Origin: Schmidtea nova | Lineage: Eukaryota | Assembly (NCBI GenBank): GCA_044892505.1 | Contig: CM097883.1 | Location: 413,168,001-413,232,000, forward strand | DNA length: 64,000 nt | Direction of reading: 5' to 3' | Shown: in pieces, positions 36,721 through 50,373 of the stretch | Layout of the letters: every line of letters starts with the position of its first letter | Position numbering within the stretch: position 1 is the first letter of the stretch | Program-made: the position numbers and the translations under genes | The notes under the pieces: model-generated | Database searches by the model: none | What the model saw: the letters and a program-made list of their open reading frames with translations, nothing else | What the model was told of the DNA's origin: nothing

Positions 36721-38945
36721 GGAGATTTCGAATTGAAATTGAAAAGAAAATTTGTATCTGAGAAATTTGGTATTTGGAAAAGTTTGTTGAATGCAGTAGA
36801 AGATTTAAATTGAAAAAGCTACGTGATATTGTAAAAAATTGATATCGAGATAATTTAATTAATCGGTGTGACGAAATTTGAATTGAATAAAAAAAGTCAA
36901 AATATATTTAATAAAGTCAAGTCAAGGCACGAGGACAATCGACACCAACTTACCCAACTGTTGAGTCAAATCAGCGGCTAGTGATTATAAGAGTATTTGG
37001 GAATTATACACTTGGAACTAATTCATCACGTAGTGTTGTAATAAGCTCCGTATAATTGCCTGCTTGAGTGTTGAATCAATCGTGTAATTATAATTCGTGT
37101 AATCAACTATGATAATCAATACAGGTTTATATTGTCTGAGAATTGCTATTTTGTGGATCAAATAAGGCACTCTTTGGAGTCAGATATTTGATTGGTAGCG
37201 TTTAAATTTCACTAACAACCCAATAACCCAACATATGTAATTATAATTTATTACGTAAATTTTGTAACCCCATAAAAATGTGGGTGTTCACTGCATAATT
37301 ATAGTGTAATTTACACAGTCTATAAATTTATGGCTTGTGCCAGAGAACTCACTTCCCCATACTATCTCAAATTACTGATGAGTTATTAACTGGATAGTAA
37401 TACTACGATTGATAACGAATCTGTGTCGTCTAAAAAACTGTCATCAATATCAGAAAGTACTATTAATTAAAAATAAGTTATTACTCAATGTTGTTTAAAT
37501 AAATCATGTATTTTAAAATGAATTATTGACGGAGTTTTTATTTTAAACTGATTGGGGAGTAAGCCAAACGGAGGGCACTGAGATTATTTACTAAAAACAA
37601 ATTTATGAATTAAAATATTTTCTATAAATATAATAATAACAACCCAATTTAATTCTCACATTAATTATTAAACTTATGTAAAACAACCATTCAAAAATAA
37701 TGGAACAGGCATTTAAACAATACTTGAGAAAAATAAAAAATCAATAATACACTTTCCTATTTACAAAATAAATTAACATTCTTCTATAAATTCCACAATA
37801 ATAATTTTATAATAATTGCTACTTTATTGAATTTCATAGACATTTTCTAATATTTCAATTTGTCATTGTTTTTATTTTATTTTATAAAACTGGAATAAGT
37901 TCACATTTCAAGCAATATTCTTAAATTAATAAATCAATATAATTTTCCATGGGTTAACGTAATTTTGCTGACAAATTTGCAATAATAAATCTTGTTTTGC
38001 TTAAAACATATCTAAATTTAAGGACAAGATTTCAACAAAACATGGGTGCCACCTAATCGATTTTTAGAATATACAAACTGAAAAGTTCTGGACAAACAAA
38101 CAAACAATTATATACACACACACAAGCTAGGAAAAACAATGAAGCCAGTCCAATTAAAGTAACATGTTGTAATGAGTAGGTGCGGACATTTCATTGCAGA
38201 TTAACAGCTGATCATTTTCTGTTCCATTCATGTTTTTTTTATTAAAACAATGAATGTCCTTCAAACTATATAGTATTAATTAACTAACTAAGATGAAACA
38301 AATTCCTTTATTTTTATTTTGAGATAAAAAATAATCTGTGTTCAAATTGTTTTTAGAATTAATTATTTGCATTTCATTGATAAAATAATTCAATTTGAAA
38401 ATTTAATCGAAGCTAATGATTTGATTAATTATTTCTTTATAACACCTACACACACAAACATTTTGATATTATTTATTATAAATACTGTGGAAAACCACTT
38501 TGAAAACTATATACAATTCATTCAAATTTAAAGTAAGTAATTTTGTTGTTGTTTTTTGGTTTTTCGTAAATTCTAATAAATTTATTTCATTTTGTAATAT
38601 TGAAATATTTTTGTAGTTTGTTTTAAATATATGAATGGAGATAAAAATAATTTAACTACATCATTTTCCTTTTTTGATAATTAAGTAGACATCATCATTC
38701 TAATTATAGAATTTCTCTGATTCTATTGGATGATTTTGTGTTTGGAGAATTTTTTTTATCAAACTCTGACGCCATATCAGTAGGCGGTAAGAGAAAATTT
38801 CAATTTATACGAAACAATTTCTTCGTCAGAAGAAATTCTATATTTTTTTCCATTTCTAATTTTTACTGAATAAGATTATATTTTTCTGTTAATTTTTTGT
38901 CATGATTTTATCTAACTTTTAAACATTTTAAAGGATTTTTATCAA

Positions 38946-39797
38946 ATGATATCAGAAATAGCTGTCGCTGTTACGTATATTGTCAGTCCTCTCTACTCTA
39001 ATTTACCAAGAAGACGAGTTGATGATTTTGCAATCGAATTAAATAGTCTTTTAAAACTTAAAATCTCTCCGTTTTGGTTTCCAAACCAGCCGTTTCGAGG
39101 CATTCATCAGCGCTGTTTTCGAGTCAATGGACCGTATGCGGATCCAATTCTTTATCTTGCTGCTTCAAAATCCGGTATCAATCAAGATGAATTGTTCAAC
39201 TTTCTTCCCAAAGACGAATTGAAAATCTGGGTCGATCCCGGTGAAGTGACATATCAAATCGGTGATCAAAACTCTGAAATCAAATGTCTATTCCGTTGCA
39301 ATCCAGTCGCCAATGAACAGAATTTCCAATCGTCACCTAGCATTTATAATGAAACAAATAATAATAACCAAAGCCATTTCTATCTTCCAAAAAGTCTCGT
39401 ACCGAGTTTCACCGTGTCGTCGTTTGCAAAAACAAAATTTGGTTCCACAAAATTGAAACCGAATTCTTCGGTTTTTTCGGAACCCGTGAGACCGAATTCT
39501 TTGAAACTGCTGTCAACGACTACTATTCAACAAGACTCACCAAATAATATTAACAATACCCTAGTTTATACGCCTGATTCCTGTAATTCTGGAGTTTTGT
39601 CTCCAAATTATCAGAATGTTTTAAGTTCACCAGAATCAACAACTCTAAACATCCCATGCTATCTCCCATGGAATGTCGATCCGAATAATAATTTATTAAC
39701 GATAAACATTCCTCATTATAGTACTGCAAATGGTCGCGAATCATCTGGTGCTGGCTCTTTGAATTCTGAACTCAGTTCTCCAGTTCATGGTTATTAG
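38946..39797 (+). CDS. TOB: BTG/Tob family antiproliferative protein, Tob-type, 283 aa, single coding exon
   Basis: MISEIAVAVTYIVSPLYSNLPRRRV start, box B LKIWVDPGEVTYQIG, Tob-specific FAKTKFGSTKLK motif, and a low-complexity S/N/P tail. Confidence 0.93.
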   Translation: MISEIAVAVTYIVSPLYSNLPRRRVDDFAIELNSLLKLKISPFWFPNQPFRGIHQRCFRVNGPYADPILYLAASKSGINQDELFNFLPKDELKIWVDPGEVTYQIGDQNSEIKCLFRCNPVANEQNFQSSPSIYNETNNNNQSHFYLPKSLVPSFTVSSFAKTKFGSTKLKPNSSVFSEPVRPNSLKLLSTTTIQQDSPNNINNTLVYTPDSCNSGVLSPNYQNVLSSPESTTLNIPCYLPWNVDPNNNLLTINIPHYSTANGRESSGAGSLNSELSSPVHGY

Positions 39798-41447
39798 ATG
39801 TATTTAATAGTATATATAAAAGAAACTAATTTTTATCACTAGGGTTATGTCTATTTTTTTAAAATAGATATAATTATTTTTTTCATTTCAACTACTATTT
39901 TGTACGACGTAATTATCTATCTATCAATTCATAAACTTGTCTCGATATATCTATCCATTCTCTGCAGATATTATTGTATTGCATACTAATTGATATATTT
40001 ATCAGTAATCTTATTTTTATTATTATTTTGTCAGAAAATCTATTGACAGAAAAAATTGATATGTTAATAACCATATGTTGAACATATTTGCTGTAAGAGA
40101 CCATTTTTTAGGTGATTTTTATACTTTCTAATGTCGACAAAATTCTATCTATCTATTATTGCTGATGCTAAATGCTGCTGATATTAATGTTTTCATTTTA
40201 AGAATTGTAATGAATAGATTTATCATTAAATGCTGAGCGAGAAAAAAATAAAAATAAATCGACGATTCGTATTAAATAAAAATTAATTATCAATTTTGAA
40301 TTCTTATTTAAAATTTTAAAAAAATGCATTTGTACTAACTCGTCGTTTGTAATGAATGATTCCAAGTTTTGTTTATTATTGATGGATTTATAATATATTT
40401 ATTGATTTGGTAGGAAATTTATTTGTTTATTTTCTTATAATTAATATATTTTCGAAATTAAATTAAGATTGATATTAAAATATTTGGAGTTTGTTATAAT
40501 CATTGAATAGTTTCTGTTAAATAATTGGCAAAAATTAAATTAGTTAATTGAATTTAATAATATATCTTATAAAATGGATATATAACGGATATTATTAATT
40601 ATTGCGAAAACCTAAGTTAAACCTAAATTATTTTACTGTATCTGATGGTTATTTGCTATAAATGAAAGCAAAATAAATTTAAACTTAATCTAAATTGAGA
40701 TTAATTTTAATATAAAATGCCGCACTTTATTTTATTTAAAAATGTTTGTTTTATTTAATCTGACAAGAAACAATTTCGTTTGTCTAAAACTGGGATTTTT
40801 TTTTAAATTTAGTCAATTTTGCTTTTTAGTAGCATATTATTGGACAATCGTGGACAACAATTTAATTGAAAGTAAATTAGTTGCGGAACTTAATTGGTAT
40901 TAGGTTGTATACAGTTTAATGTTAGCTAAAAAACAAAATATAATCCAAATGTTAAAATGTATTTATCGTTAATGATGATGGAAGATGACTAAAGAGAATC
41001 TGGAGTGTCATTACTACAAATTTTAAGCCTAATACAATATTTTGTTTAAAGCCATCTTGATTGCTGAACATTTTGAACTAATATATATTTTGAAATCATT
41101 TGAGAAGGTTTGACGTAATTTATTTAAATAAATAAATAAAATCCATTTTTAAAATATATTTTTGCAATATGTTTCGATAGTTTATTAAAAAACATTCAAT
41201 AATATAAGAATTTGGGTAACTGAAGTATACTCCTTTTATACAAAAATAAATTAAATTTTAATTAGAAATCAATAAATTATTGATAATAATAAATAAAGTT
41301 TCAATTTCTGAAAATATTATATAACAATCTGTGCCATTATCAAATACATCTCTCTATAATCTCAAGAGACCCCATGTACTTTATGAAGCACACTGGGAAA
41401 TTTATCGTATCGCCCAAATTGTATTTGTTTATATATATATATATATA

Positions 41448-42117
41448 CATATCCCCCGATTTACACGGTACTTTTTTGCACGTTTTCGCTTTTACACGGT
41501 TTCGAAAATTATAATTTTTTTTATTTCACTCTTATCAATACATATTTATAACAATATTATGCATATGTATATACATATTTATTTAAAAATAAAAATTTAA
41601 GTATAAACCGGGAATTGCCCATTTAAGTATTCGTGTTTTAACAAGTTATGAAATTATTTTTTCAATGTCTGCGCATTACGTTCATTTGTTTTAAGTACGC
41701 GATAAGTAATACAAGTATAATTCATTTGTCCAGTTTGATTGATACAACAGTAGATTTGTGTAATGTAATATTATTTTGAGTTTGATTACACAATTTTCGA
41801 GAATCATCATAACGGTAAGTATCCTATTAAGAAATAAAATTATTTTAATTATTACATACATATGTGATTTTAAAGGTCTTATAATGTCGAAAGAAATTCC
41901 GAAAAAAACAATTAAAAGAAAAGTTATATCGCTGGAAACAAAAATAAAAATATTAGATAGACTTTACCCAATGTTTAAGTTTCCATTGATTTATAGGTCC
42001 GATTTGCGAGTTTAATTCTTTGTTGGAACCAATCTCTTACAAATATACTATATGTCTTTATCCCCATTTACACGGTTTCGATTTACACGGAATCTACCGT
42101 GTAAATCCGGGGATAGG
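41448..42117 (+). mobile_element. Internally deleted Tigger derivative (MITE)
   Basis: TIRs CATATCCCCCGATTTACACGGT / ACCGTGTAAATCCGGGGATAGG with TA on the left. Residual MSKEIPKKTIKRKVISLETKIKILDRL HTH start. Confidence 0.8.
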
Positions 42118-45100
42118 GATAAACGCAAAAATGACCAACTTTCACTTAACAACATTTTGTAAACTTTCTGAGTTCAATTTGGTCTATATGAAACCAAACA
42201 AGATAATAAATATTGAAATTAGTAGAAGGTCTCGCGAGGATAAGTGAAAATGATTTTTAATGAAACAACAACGCATCTTTCAACAATGTTGTATTTGCAA
42301 AATATAAATTTATTGCTGCTAAAAATAGTATGTACATTTGCATTTTACTGATTTGTAATTAAAATTTAATTTGATTTTAAATAAGGAGATAAGCTTCAGT
42401 TAACTCAAGATTTAATCTTTATTTATATTGTTGGGCTGACAGAAGTGAAAATTATTATTTTGTTTTAATGCGTCGAAAATTCACAAGCACCATAAGAAGT
42501 TTATTAAAATCCACTCTAACACATCAAGTAAAACAAAGTTAAATAGGATAAGTTTTGAGGAAATATTAAAACAATTTTAACTAAAATCAATAAAAGCAAT
42601 AAATTACAGACATCCACATACAATTAAATAGAATTAAAAATAAATTAATAAATAAAAAATACGCATTGCAAAGATTACCATATTAAAACTAAAATCCATC
42701 ATGGCGGCCGAATAAAAGAAAAGAGAAAACAATTATTGTATTTATTTACACGAAAATATCATATTTGATTTAAAGTAATTAAATAAAATAAAAATTATTT
42801 TTGTTTTAAAAAATAATTTAATCATTACACAAGTATTGGTGTATGTACTATTAAAAATGATTGTCACTAGAATTACTGGAACCCACACGCCTTCAAGAAA
42901 ATGTTAAATCTGTTCACTTATGTTACCTTAGTTACTCTTTGGTAATCTATGTTGGTAATGTACTCGTCGGCACGAGAATCCAATTAGCAAGCGAGCTTTG
43001 TTACCAAAACTATTCATTGCATTCTCTCTTGCGGGTTCCTGTTGCCGATAGAAGGTCTTTCTCACATACTATTTTATCTTTCAAAGGTCCACCTCCTTAT
43101 CATTCTGTACCTTTCAAAAATACTTCCTAATCCTATTTCACACTTTCCCCCATTTTTCTACATCTTACATCCTTTGTCCTTTCGTCTATGTCTATCTATC
43201 TTTCGAAAAATTCGACATCTGCCCGCCTGCCATTATCTATCTAAGTTCTAAATTTTCTATTTTATTTTACTAGTTTCGAAAATTTTAGAAGAGTCCTATA
43301 CTCCGATTTTCAGGAGTTTACTTTAGTTTTCCTTTTCTAATTCACCTTTGCCCTAAATCTACCTGTATAATTTGAGCGATGGTTAGAGGACTCGGCCCAA
43401 CTGTTCGGTTCAAGATTCTCCAATCGACAGGGAACTTGTGACTGGTAGGCTGACAGAGCTCTTCCTAAATCAGTTTAAAATAGCAATAAAAACAAACAGG
43501 TTTTACTTTAAACAGAGAGTTGGGAAATGAATATTGATGTGTGTATTTTCGTTAGTGAAAGTTTACTTGGGGATTATATTTTGATATGTATATTTTTTAC
43601 ATTAGTAACACTTGCTTTGTGAATAAAGTACTTACATAGAGACTGAGAATTAAGGAGCAGGTTAGTTTCATTAACAAAACTGCTCCTCGTTGCATCTTTT
43701 TTTAGGCTGATAAGCTGCCGATAAAGGGACTAACGCAAACTTTCAATGATACTTTCCTGAACTTATCTGATTTTCGGTGGATAATTTTCACCAGTACAAT
43801 GAGTTACTTTCTAGCGTTTAGAATCGTTTTATTATTGACACATATTGCTTTCCCTATACTTCTATTGCGTTTACGTTCCCTCTATTTTACATTTTTTGTA
43901 TCTACCCCAACTTTAGCGTTTATACTCATGTTATTCCAAAAATTATCGCAACGTACTGATTTTATTTTTAGGTACTCCGAAAAATTTGCACAGGCTTTTC
44001 CAGAAAAATATTCAAGGATTCCCTTTTCAGATTTTTTTTATTCAAAACTTATTTATCTTATCCATGATTTAGTTTTGCAACGGCTTTATGACTAATATAT
44101 TTAATAGAAATGTTGGGTTTATTAATTTGTATTGCAGGAATTGACTCCGCACATCCCTTTGATCAAATCAATTCACAACCCAACAAATAACAATGTTTAT
44201 TTCAAGATTGCACAATAAATTGACACCAACACTTTGCAAAATTTATTGAATTTACGGAAAGTAAACTTCTCAATTAATATTTGAAGTGGTTGATGCCTGA
44301 AAAAGTAACAACCCTAACCCTTGAAAAACTCAAAGAAATTTTATTTAAAAAAAAATAAAAAATATTTTTAATGGTTTTTTTGACATATTAAATAGAGACT
44401 AAAATTCTATTTTTAAGCGCCCTTTACAAGAGACGCGCTGATGCTTTGCATATACCGCTTCCAGCTAAGCCAGCACTGAGCTCAGTTGATAAGTCTTATC
44501 AATGAAATTAATTCCTTTTCTCTACGAATTAGTCTCCAAAAATGTGTATCCACTACTTATTTTTCTTGTATTAATTGTTCTTCTACTAACTTTTTATCTT
44601 TTGCTAATTTTTCTCCTGATTCAATAAATAGTTTTTTTAGTTTGCTCTGCTCTGATACTTCAAATGCAATAATTCAAATGGAAAGCATTAAAACTTAAAA
44701 ATTTAAATTAAGAGAAAAAATAATTAAAATTTTTTGTGATAGAAAGTAAACGATAAAGACGAATATATTAATTAATATTTAATGGAGGGGGCCTAGGTAA
44801 AGGTATTTTAAAAATAAAAATTAATTATCTATCTAACTAATTATGCAAAATAAATCGCTGATAAGCCTCTAAGAAACAAGATTGTTGACTGTAACAGCTA
44901 CATTGCTAGTCTGTCAAATTATGGCTAAGTTATATTATTTTATATCCATTTTGTTCAATAATTACAGTTCTTGGGATCCATTGTTGGCAGCATCCATATT
45001 TGAAAAAATTCAATTTATTTTTGGGATTTACCAATAAACAAAGGAGATACAAAACGCGTTAAAAGAAAGGCGCCTCTACAACCAGCGCCAGAAAACTAGA

Positions 45101-46351
45101 AAGAGTTTAAAAGAAAAATAGAGTCGGGAAACAGACAGAGTCAGAACTTGTTATTGAAGCAATAATTGAGAATTTTACTAAAGAATAGTAATTGTTTCTT
45201 CCCAGAGCATCATCGAGTAGTTCATCTTAGGTAACCTCACCCATGGTTATCAATTTTAAATATTGATTGGTTGTGTGATTGTGTTATAGACGAAAAAACC
45301 TTGTTATTTTGTGGGTTTAAGTTATTTGATCAAAAAGACGCGTGGAGTCAAGAAATTAAACTCGACCGGTAATCTTTTAAAACAAACCTAACACGACAAA
45401 AACGAAAGTTATCGACGAACCATAGTCAATCGATTACAATTGAAATTTCTATTAATGAAAACAATTACTATTCTCCAAAGATATCTTCAGCTCCGGTAGA
45501 CTTATTCAGTTCAAAAGCTTTGTATCAATTGGTTGTGTGATTTTGTTATAAAAAATAAACATTCTTATTTGATGGATTATCAATTATTTTGATCAAGGGA
45601 CACGAGGAGCCAGTGCAAAGTCAAATTCTGAAAATACATATTAATTAGCCTAACAGTATCAGCACTATACAGGTCGCATGATTACTTAGGCAAATGTAAA
45701 GTTGACCTTCAATCCAATTTTGGGAGTTGTTATGGGTCGCTCCATTGACTAATAATGGTTTACGAAAACATGGTACAAGGGTTGTACCACTGGTCAGTAA
45801 TCGTTTACTGAAGCATGAATCACATATGGTATCATAAGCTAGTAACGGTTGACAAAGTCATAGTACACATTTTATATCATATGGCATTATAATGATACTA
45901 ATCACTCCTTATTAAAAGTAATTTCTTCTAATATTGGCTTCGTAACAAAAAACTAATATAAGCTTTTAAATGAAAGTCTTTGATAACCTTATGTAACAAA
46001 ATCATATTTCCAAAGTCAAAAAATGAATGGTACTAACAATAAGGGACTTACTCATGAAGGCTATGTTGTTTACTATAAATTATAATTTAATTACGCTTAA
46101 AAATAATCAACAAATCTAGTGTCAAAGTTACATTGCAAACATTAATATAGATAAGAATTCAACTAAAATTTATTCAATCAATTAAACCAAATCTTAAAAA
46201 ACCTTAAATAACAATTTGTGACGATATATATAATACAACAAACATGGCACTGAAATAATTAAAACAAACGCCAATCCAAAATTACATTCTGCACAATGTA
46301 TGCCAGGAAACTCCTTTTCATCATCAGGTGCTTTTCAGTCGCCATTCCAAT

Positions 46352-46870
46352 TGTTGAGGATACCTAAACTACAAATAATATTATAGACAATTTGAATATA
46401 TTGGGGAAACCCGATAGGGTGATTGAAAGAGCATTCTGGTGCTTGGAGAAGAAAACGGAAAAGCAAAAAATTGAGAAATGAGGAAAGAGTAACAAAATAA
46501 AAGAAATAAAACAGAGAAAGGTTACTTATAATTAATAAGGGCAAGAAAACAAAATTGGAATTCTAAAATTCTAAAATGAAAACAAAACTGGTATCTTGAA
46601 AGTTGTGAAAGATAACGTGGGAACTATAAAAAATGTATGGGAAATGCCAGAAGCAGAAATGGAAAAAACAAATTATCCAGAGTGACGAACTGTCAGGGGC
46701 AATATGGGAGTTGAAAAAAGAAAATGGAAAATACCAGAGACAGGAGCGGGAAAGGCGAAGTGGCATGAGTGTCAGACGATGGCGAACTATAAAAGCGAAA
46801 GCCATCTTAAGTAAATCAGAAGAAAAGTGGTGTTAGAAATTGGATTGAGAAATTTGTGTTTTATAAAAAA
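46352..46870 (-). repeat. Dispersed repeat R1, reverse copy
   Basis: Aligns by eye with 36170-36720 and with the reverse complement of 54343-54990. Confidence 0.65.
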
Positions 46871-47030
46871 AATTAGTTAAAAATGATTGTAACTTACTCT
46901 GATTGTAAATAAATCCAAAATTTTCTTTTAAAAAATCACAATTTCCTACAAAGTAATTACAAAAAATTGTAGAGCTCAGATAATCTATTAAAGCTTTTAA
47001 GGCGCTTTTTTCTGTTCCGCCCACAGTCAA

Positions 47031-49279
47031 CCCGATAGTCAACCTGGTCTCTACCACCCACTGGTATATTGTTGAAAACATTATTTAAAAACATTTTTAT
47101 TTTATCAGGCATTTTCGATTCCCAGCTTTTCAGATATACTAATATCAATAATTCCCATAATGGTAAGACTATAGATCAAAATTTTGATATATTGTCTTAC
47201 CATTATGGGAATTATTGAAAGCATCATAAATAAACAAAACCCAATTTGTTTAATATGTAATAAAACACTATCAAATGAGACAATGAAGCCAAGTAGATTG
47301 CGAGAACATCTGTCTACAAAACATCCAAATGATAAGGTCAAGCCGATTGAATATTTTCAAGAATTACATAAAAAATTCCTAAATCGGTCAACAATCGTTG
47401 CGTCATTTAAAAAACAAAATGCAGTGAACGAAGATGGATTACTTGCCTCTTATTGCATATTGCAATTAATTGTAAAGTGGTAAAAATTCTAACATTGGAA
47501 AAAAATAATATCTTCAAAAAAAAAAATTCATCAACACAGTCATGCATCAAGATATACCTCAAGCTTTAAAAACATTGCCATTAAGCGATACTAAAGTAAA
47601 ACGTAGGATTGAAGAAATGTCAGTTAACGTGGAAAATAAACTGATTAGTTCTTCAACAATGTTCATTTTCCATGCAATTGGATGAGTCTATCATTGCAGA
47701 CAATAACGCTTTATTGATGTCATATGTACGTTATTTTGATGAAAATAATATAATACAAGAAGAAATGCTATTCGGAATAAATCTTATTTCGGATAGAACT
47801 GGATTATCCATATTTACTACTGTGAAATCATACTTTACAAAAAATAATATTCCTTTGCATAATATTGTTGCTTGCGCTACCGATGGAGCACCAGCAATGG
47901 TAGGTAGCTATCGTGGATTTGTTGCTTTTTTTCAAGGCTGAAGTACCAAATGTTTCATGTATCCATTGTGTGGTACACAGACAACATCTTGTTGGAAAAA
48001 AATTTAGGTGAAAGTCTCCATTCCTCATTAAGTATAGTAATTCGAGCTGTAAATAAAATAAAATCTAATGCCAAAAATGATAAAATGTTTCGGCAGCTGT
48101 GCCAGGATAATAATGAAGATTTTATAAGATTACTTTTGCACACAGAAGTTCGATGGCTGTCAAAGGTACATGTTTATATTGTTTTGCAGCATTATATGAT
48201 AGTATCACAAAATTTTTTGAAAGTACCAATGAAACCACTCTCTCCCAACAATTAACAATTGTCAAAAAGGATGCCTTTTATTTGGCAGATATTTTCAAGA
48301 GATTTAATGATATTAATTTACAACTCCAAGGCACTAATAAAACTCTTATAAGTTACCAAAGTGTTGTGTCATTATTTATTGACAAACATTAACTTTTCCG
48401 TCATAATCTATTAAATAGAGAATTTTATCAGTTTCCTGAATTATCATCTATAAAAGACGATGTAACTCTAGATGATATTGAAAAATTCAGTAGCCACCTT
48501 AATGAACTTAAATCTGGCATGAAAAAAACTATTTGAAGATATTTTGAACCTAAAGGTGTACGACTGGATGAAAAATCCATTAACAGCGAATGTTAAGGAA
48601 GCTGTTGCAAAGTGTCAAGAAGAACTCTTAGAAATCAAATATGATGAATAAAGTAAACAGAATTTCGACAATGGTGGATATGAATACTTATGTCAAAAAA
48701 AAATGTCTCTCTTACATCCAAATATGTGGAAACAGGTATTAAATTTATTGAAACCTTTTCGTATCTCATATCTAGTAGAATCAGGCTTTAGTCCTGTTAA
48801 ACGTATTATGACCAAAGAAAGAAACCACTTGAATATTTCTGAAAAAGGAGACATTCGCTTATTTCTTACAAAAATAGAACCATATATCAAATATTTAACT
48901 TCGCAGCATCAACCTTAAGGATCCCATCAATAATTCAATTACATTTAATTTCAATAAAATTTATATTTCTATGTATTTCAAAGTATTAATAAATTAATAT
49001 AGAAATATGTGTTTTATCATTAGTTTTCAAGTAGAGGACGCGTGATACTGTGTATATAAGGTACTTTGTTATGATGCAGTAAGTTGTTATACGTATTTTT
49101 CTACTACTAAAATATTGTATTTGTATGCTTTAATTTTCTGTAACTCTACTTTATAAATTGTTTAAACCTTCCTATTTTATCAATTATCAATACTGTAGAA
49201 TAGGTGGGCGATAAGAATATTTTACTACCAATCTAGGTGAAAAGGTTGACAGTAGGTATGAAAAAATTGACTACCCCTA
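47031..49279 (+). mobile_element. Degenerate hAT Buster/Charlie transposon (ZBED5/8-like)
   Basis: PICLICNKTLSNETMKPSRLREHLSTKHP, MQLDES, CATDGAPAMVG, LLLHTEVRWLS, YLVESGFS. Weak TIR-like ends ATAGTCAACC / TTGACTACCCCT. Confidence 0.9.
47145..47218 (+). mobile_element. Fold-back hairpin family copy 4, inside the Buster 5' region
   Basis: 25-bp perfect arms 47145-47169 / 47194-47218; centre contains the palindrome ATCAAAATTTTGAT. Confidence 0.7.
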
Positions 49280-49341
49280 ACTCAACACTTATGAAAATAA
49301 ATAAGAGCTTAGGAAATAAATAAAACCTTATTACACTAAAA

Positions 49342-49345
<4 letters not shown>

Positions 49346-49386
<41 letters not shown>
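49346..49386. repeat. (TA)n microsatellite
   Basis: Direct reading. Confidence 0.95.
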
Positions 49387-49389
<3 letters not shown>

Positions 49390-50174
49390 AAAGCTGACAT
49401 TAAATAAAATAGCGTAATATACTGTAAACACTATAATGCCTACAAATTAAAACAGAAAAATGCATTAAATATTACATACCTACAAAACATACTTGCAAAT
49501 TGTTAAAACATCTTCACCATTTTCATTGGTAGAAATAAATGTGTGCATGTGGAAAATATTTTCTGCCCCCTTTTTGACTTTATAATAATGCTTTTATTCA
49601 TTGAAAAAACACTGCCACCACACAGTTAAGTGTATGCATTTTCAGTCATATCGATGTTTGTGAATATGTGAGTGTGAGAAATTTGAGTGCGTGTGTTTGC
49701 CTCATTTTTTGCGGTTTAAGTAAATTAACTGATGTGATTGTTGATGATGTTTATTTTTTTCTTTTGATTTGTGTTCTATACTCGTTAAATTTTTCAAACG
49801 TCATGGGCGAAATGCCACATACTTTTCTGTACTCTAGTATTAGAGCATTTTCAATTGGGGATAATGGATTTTGTTTTCAATCATTCTGTTGTTTATAAAT
49901 ATGAAAATATCTATAAAAATTTTTTAAAAAAATATTTTTTTATAAAAAAAGAATATTATATTTTTAAGATTAATTAATTTAAATTAAAAAATTTTTTATC
50001 GCTTTATATTTTTTGAATATTTTATAAAATTTTTAATATGCATTTTATTTTAAAAATTATTATTAATTTGTTTGGAATATCAATTTATTTGATTTATATT
50101 TGAATGGAAGATTGAGTAGCACCTGATGGAGAGAATTAAGTTATCGAAATATATTGTGCAGAATATATATTTGG

Positions 50175-50373
50175 NNNNNNNNNNNNNNNNNNNNNNNNNN
50201 NNNNNNNNNNNNNNNNNNNNNNNNNNNNNNNNNNNNNNNNNNNNNNNNNNNNNNNNNNNNNNNNNNNNNNNNNNNNNNNNNNNNNNNNNNNNNNNNNNNN
50301 NNNNNNNNNNNNNNNNNNNNNNNNNNNNNNNNNNNNNNNNNNNNNNNNNNNNNNNNNNNNNNNNNNNNNNNNN
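50175..50373. other. Assembly gap (199 N)
   Basis: Run of N. Confidence 1.

Noticed and set aside
37376-37430. CTGATGA-GTTAT...ATAAC-GAA hammerhead-like string
   Set aside because: It has GAAT instead of GAAA, with no stem III/NUH or stem I pairing.
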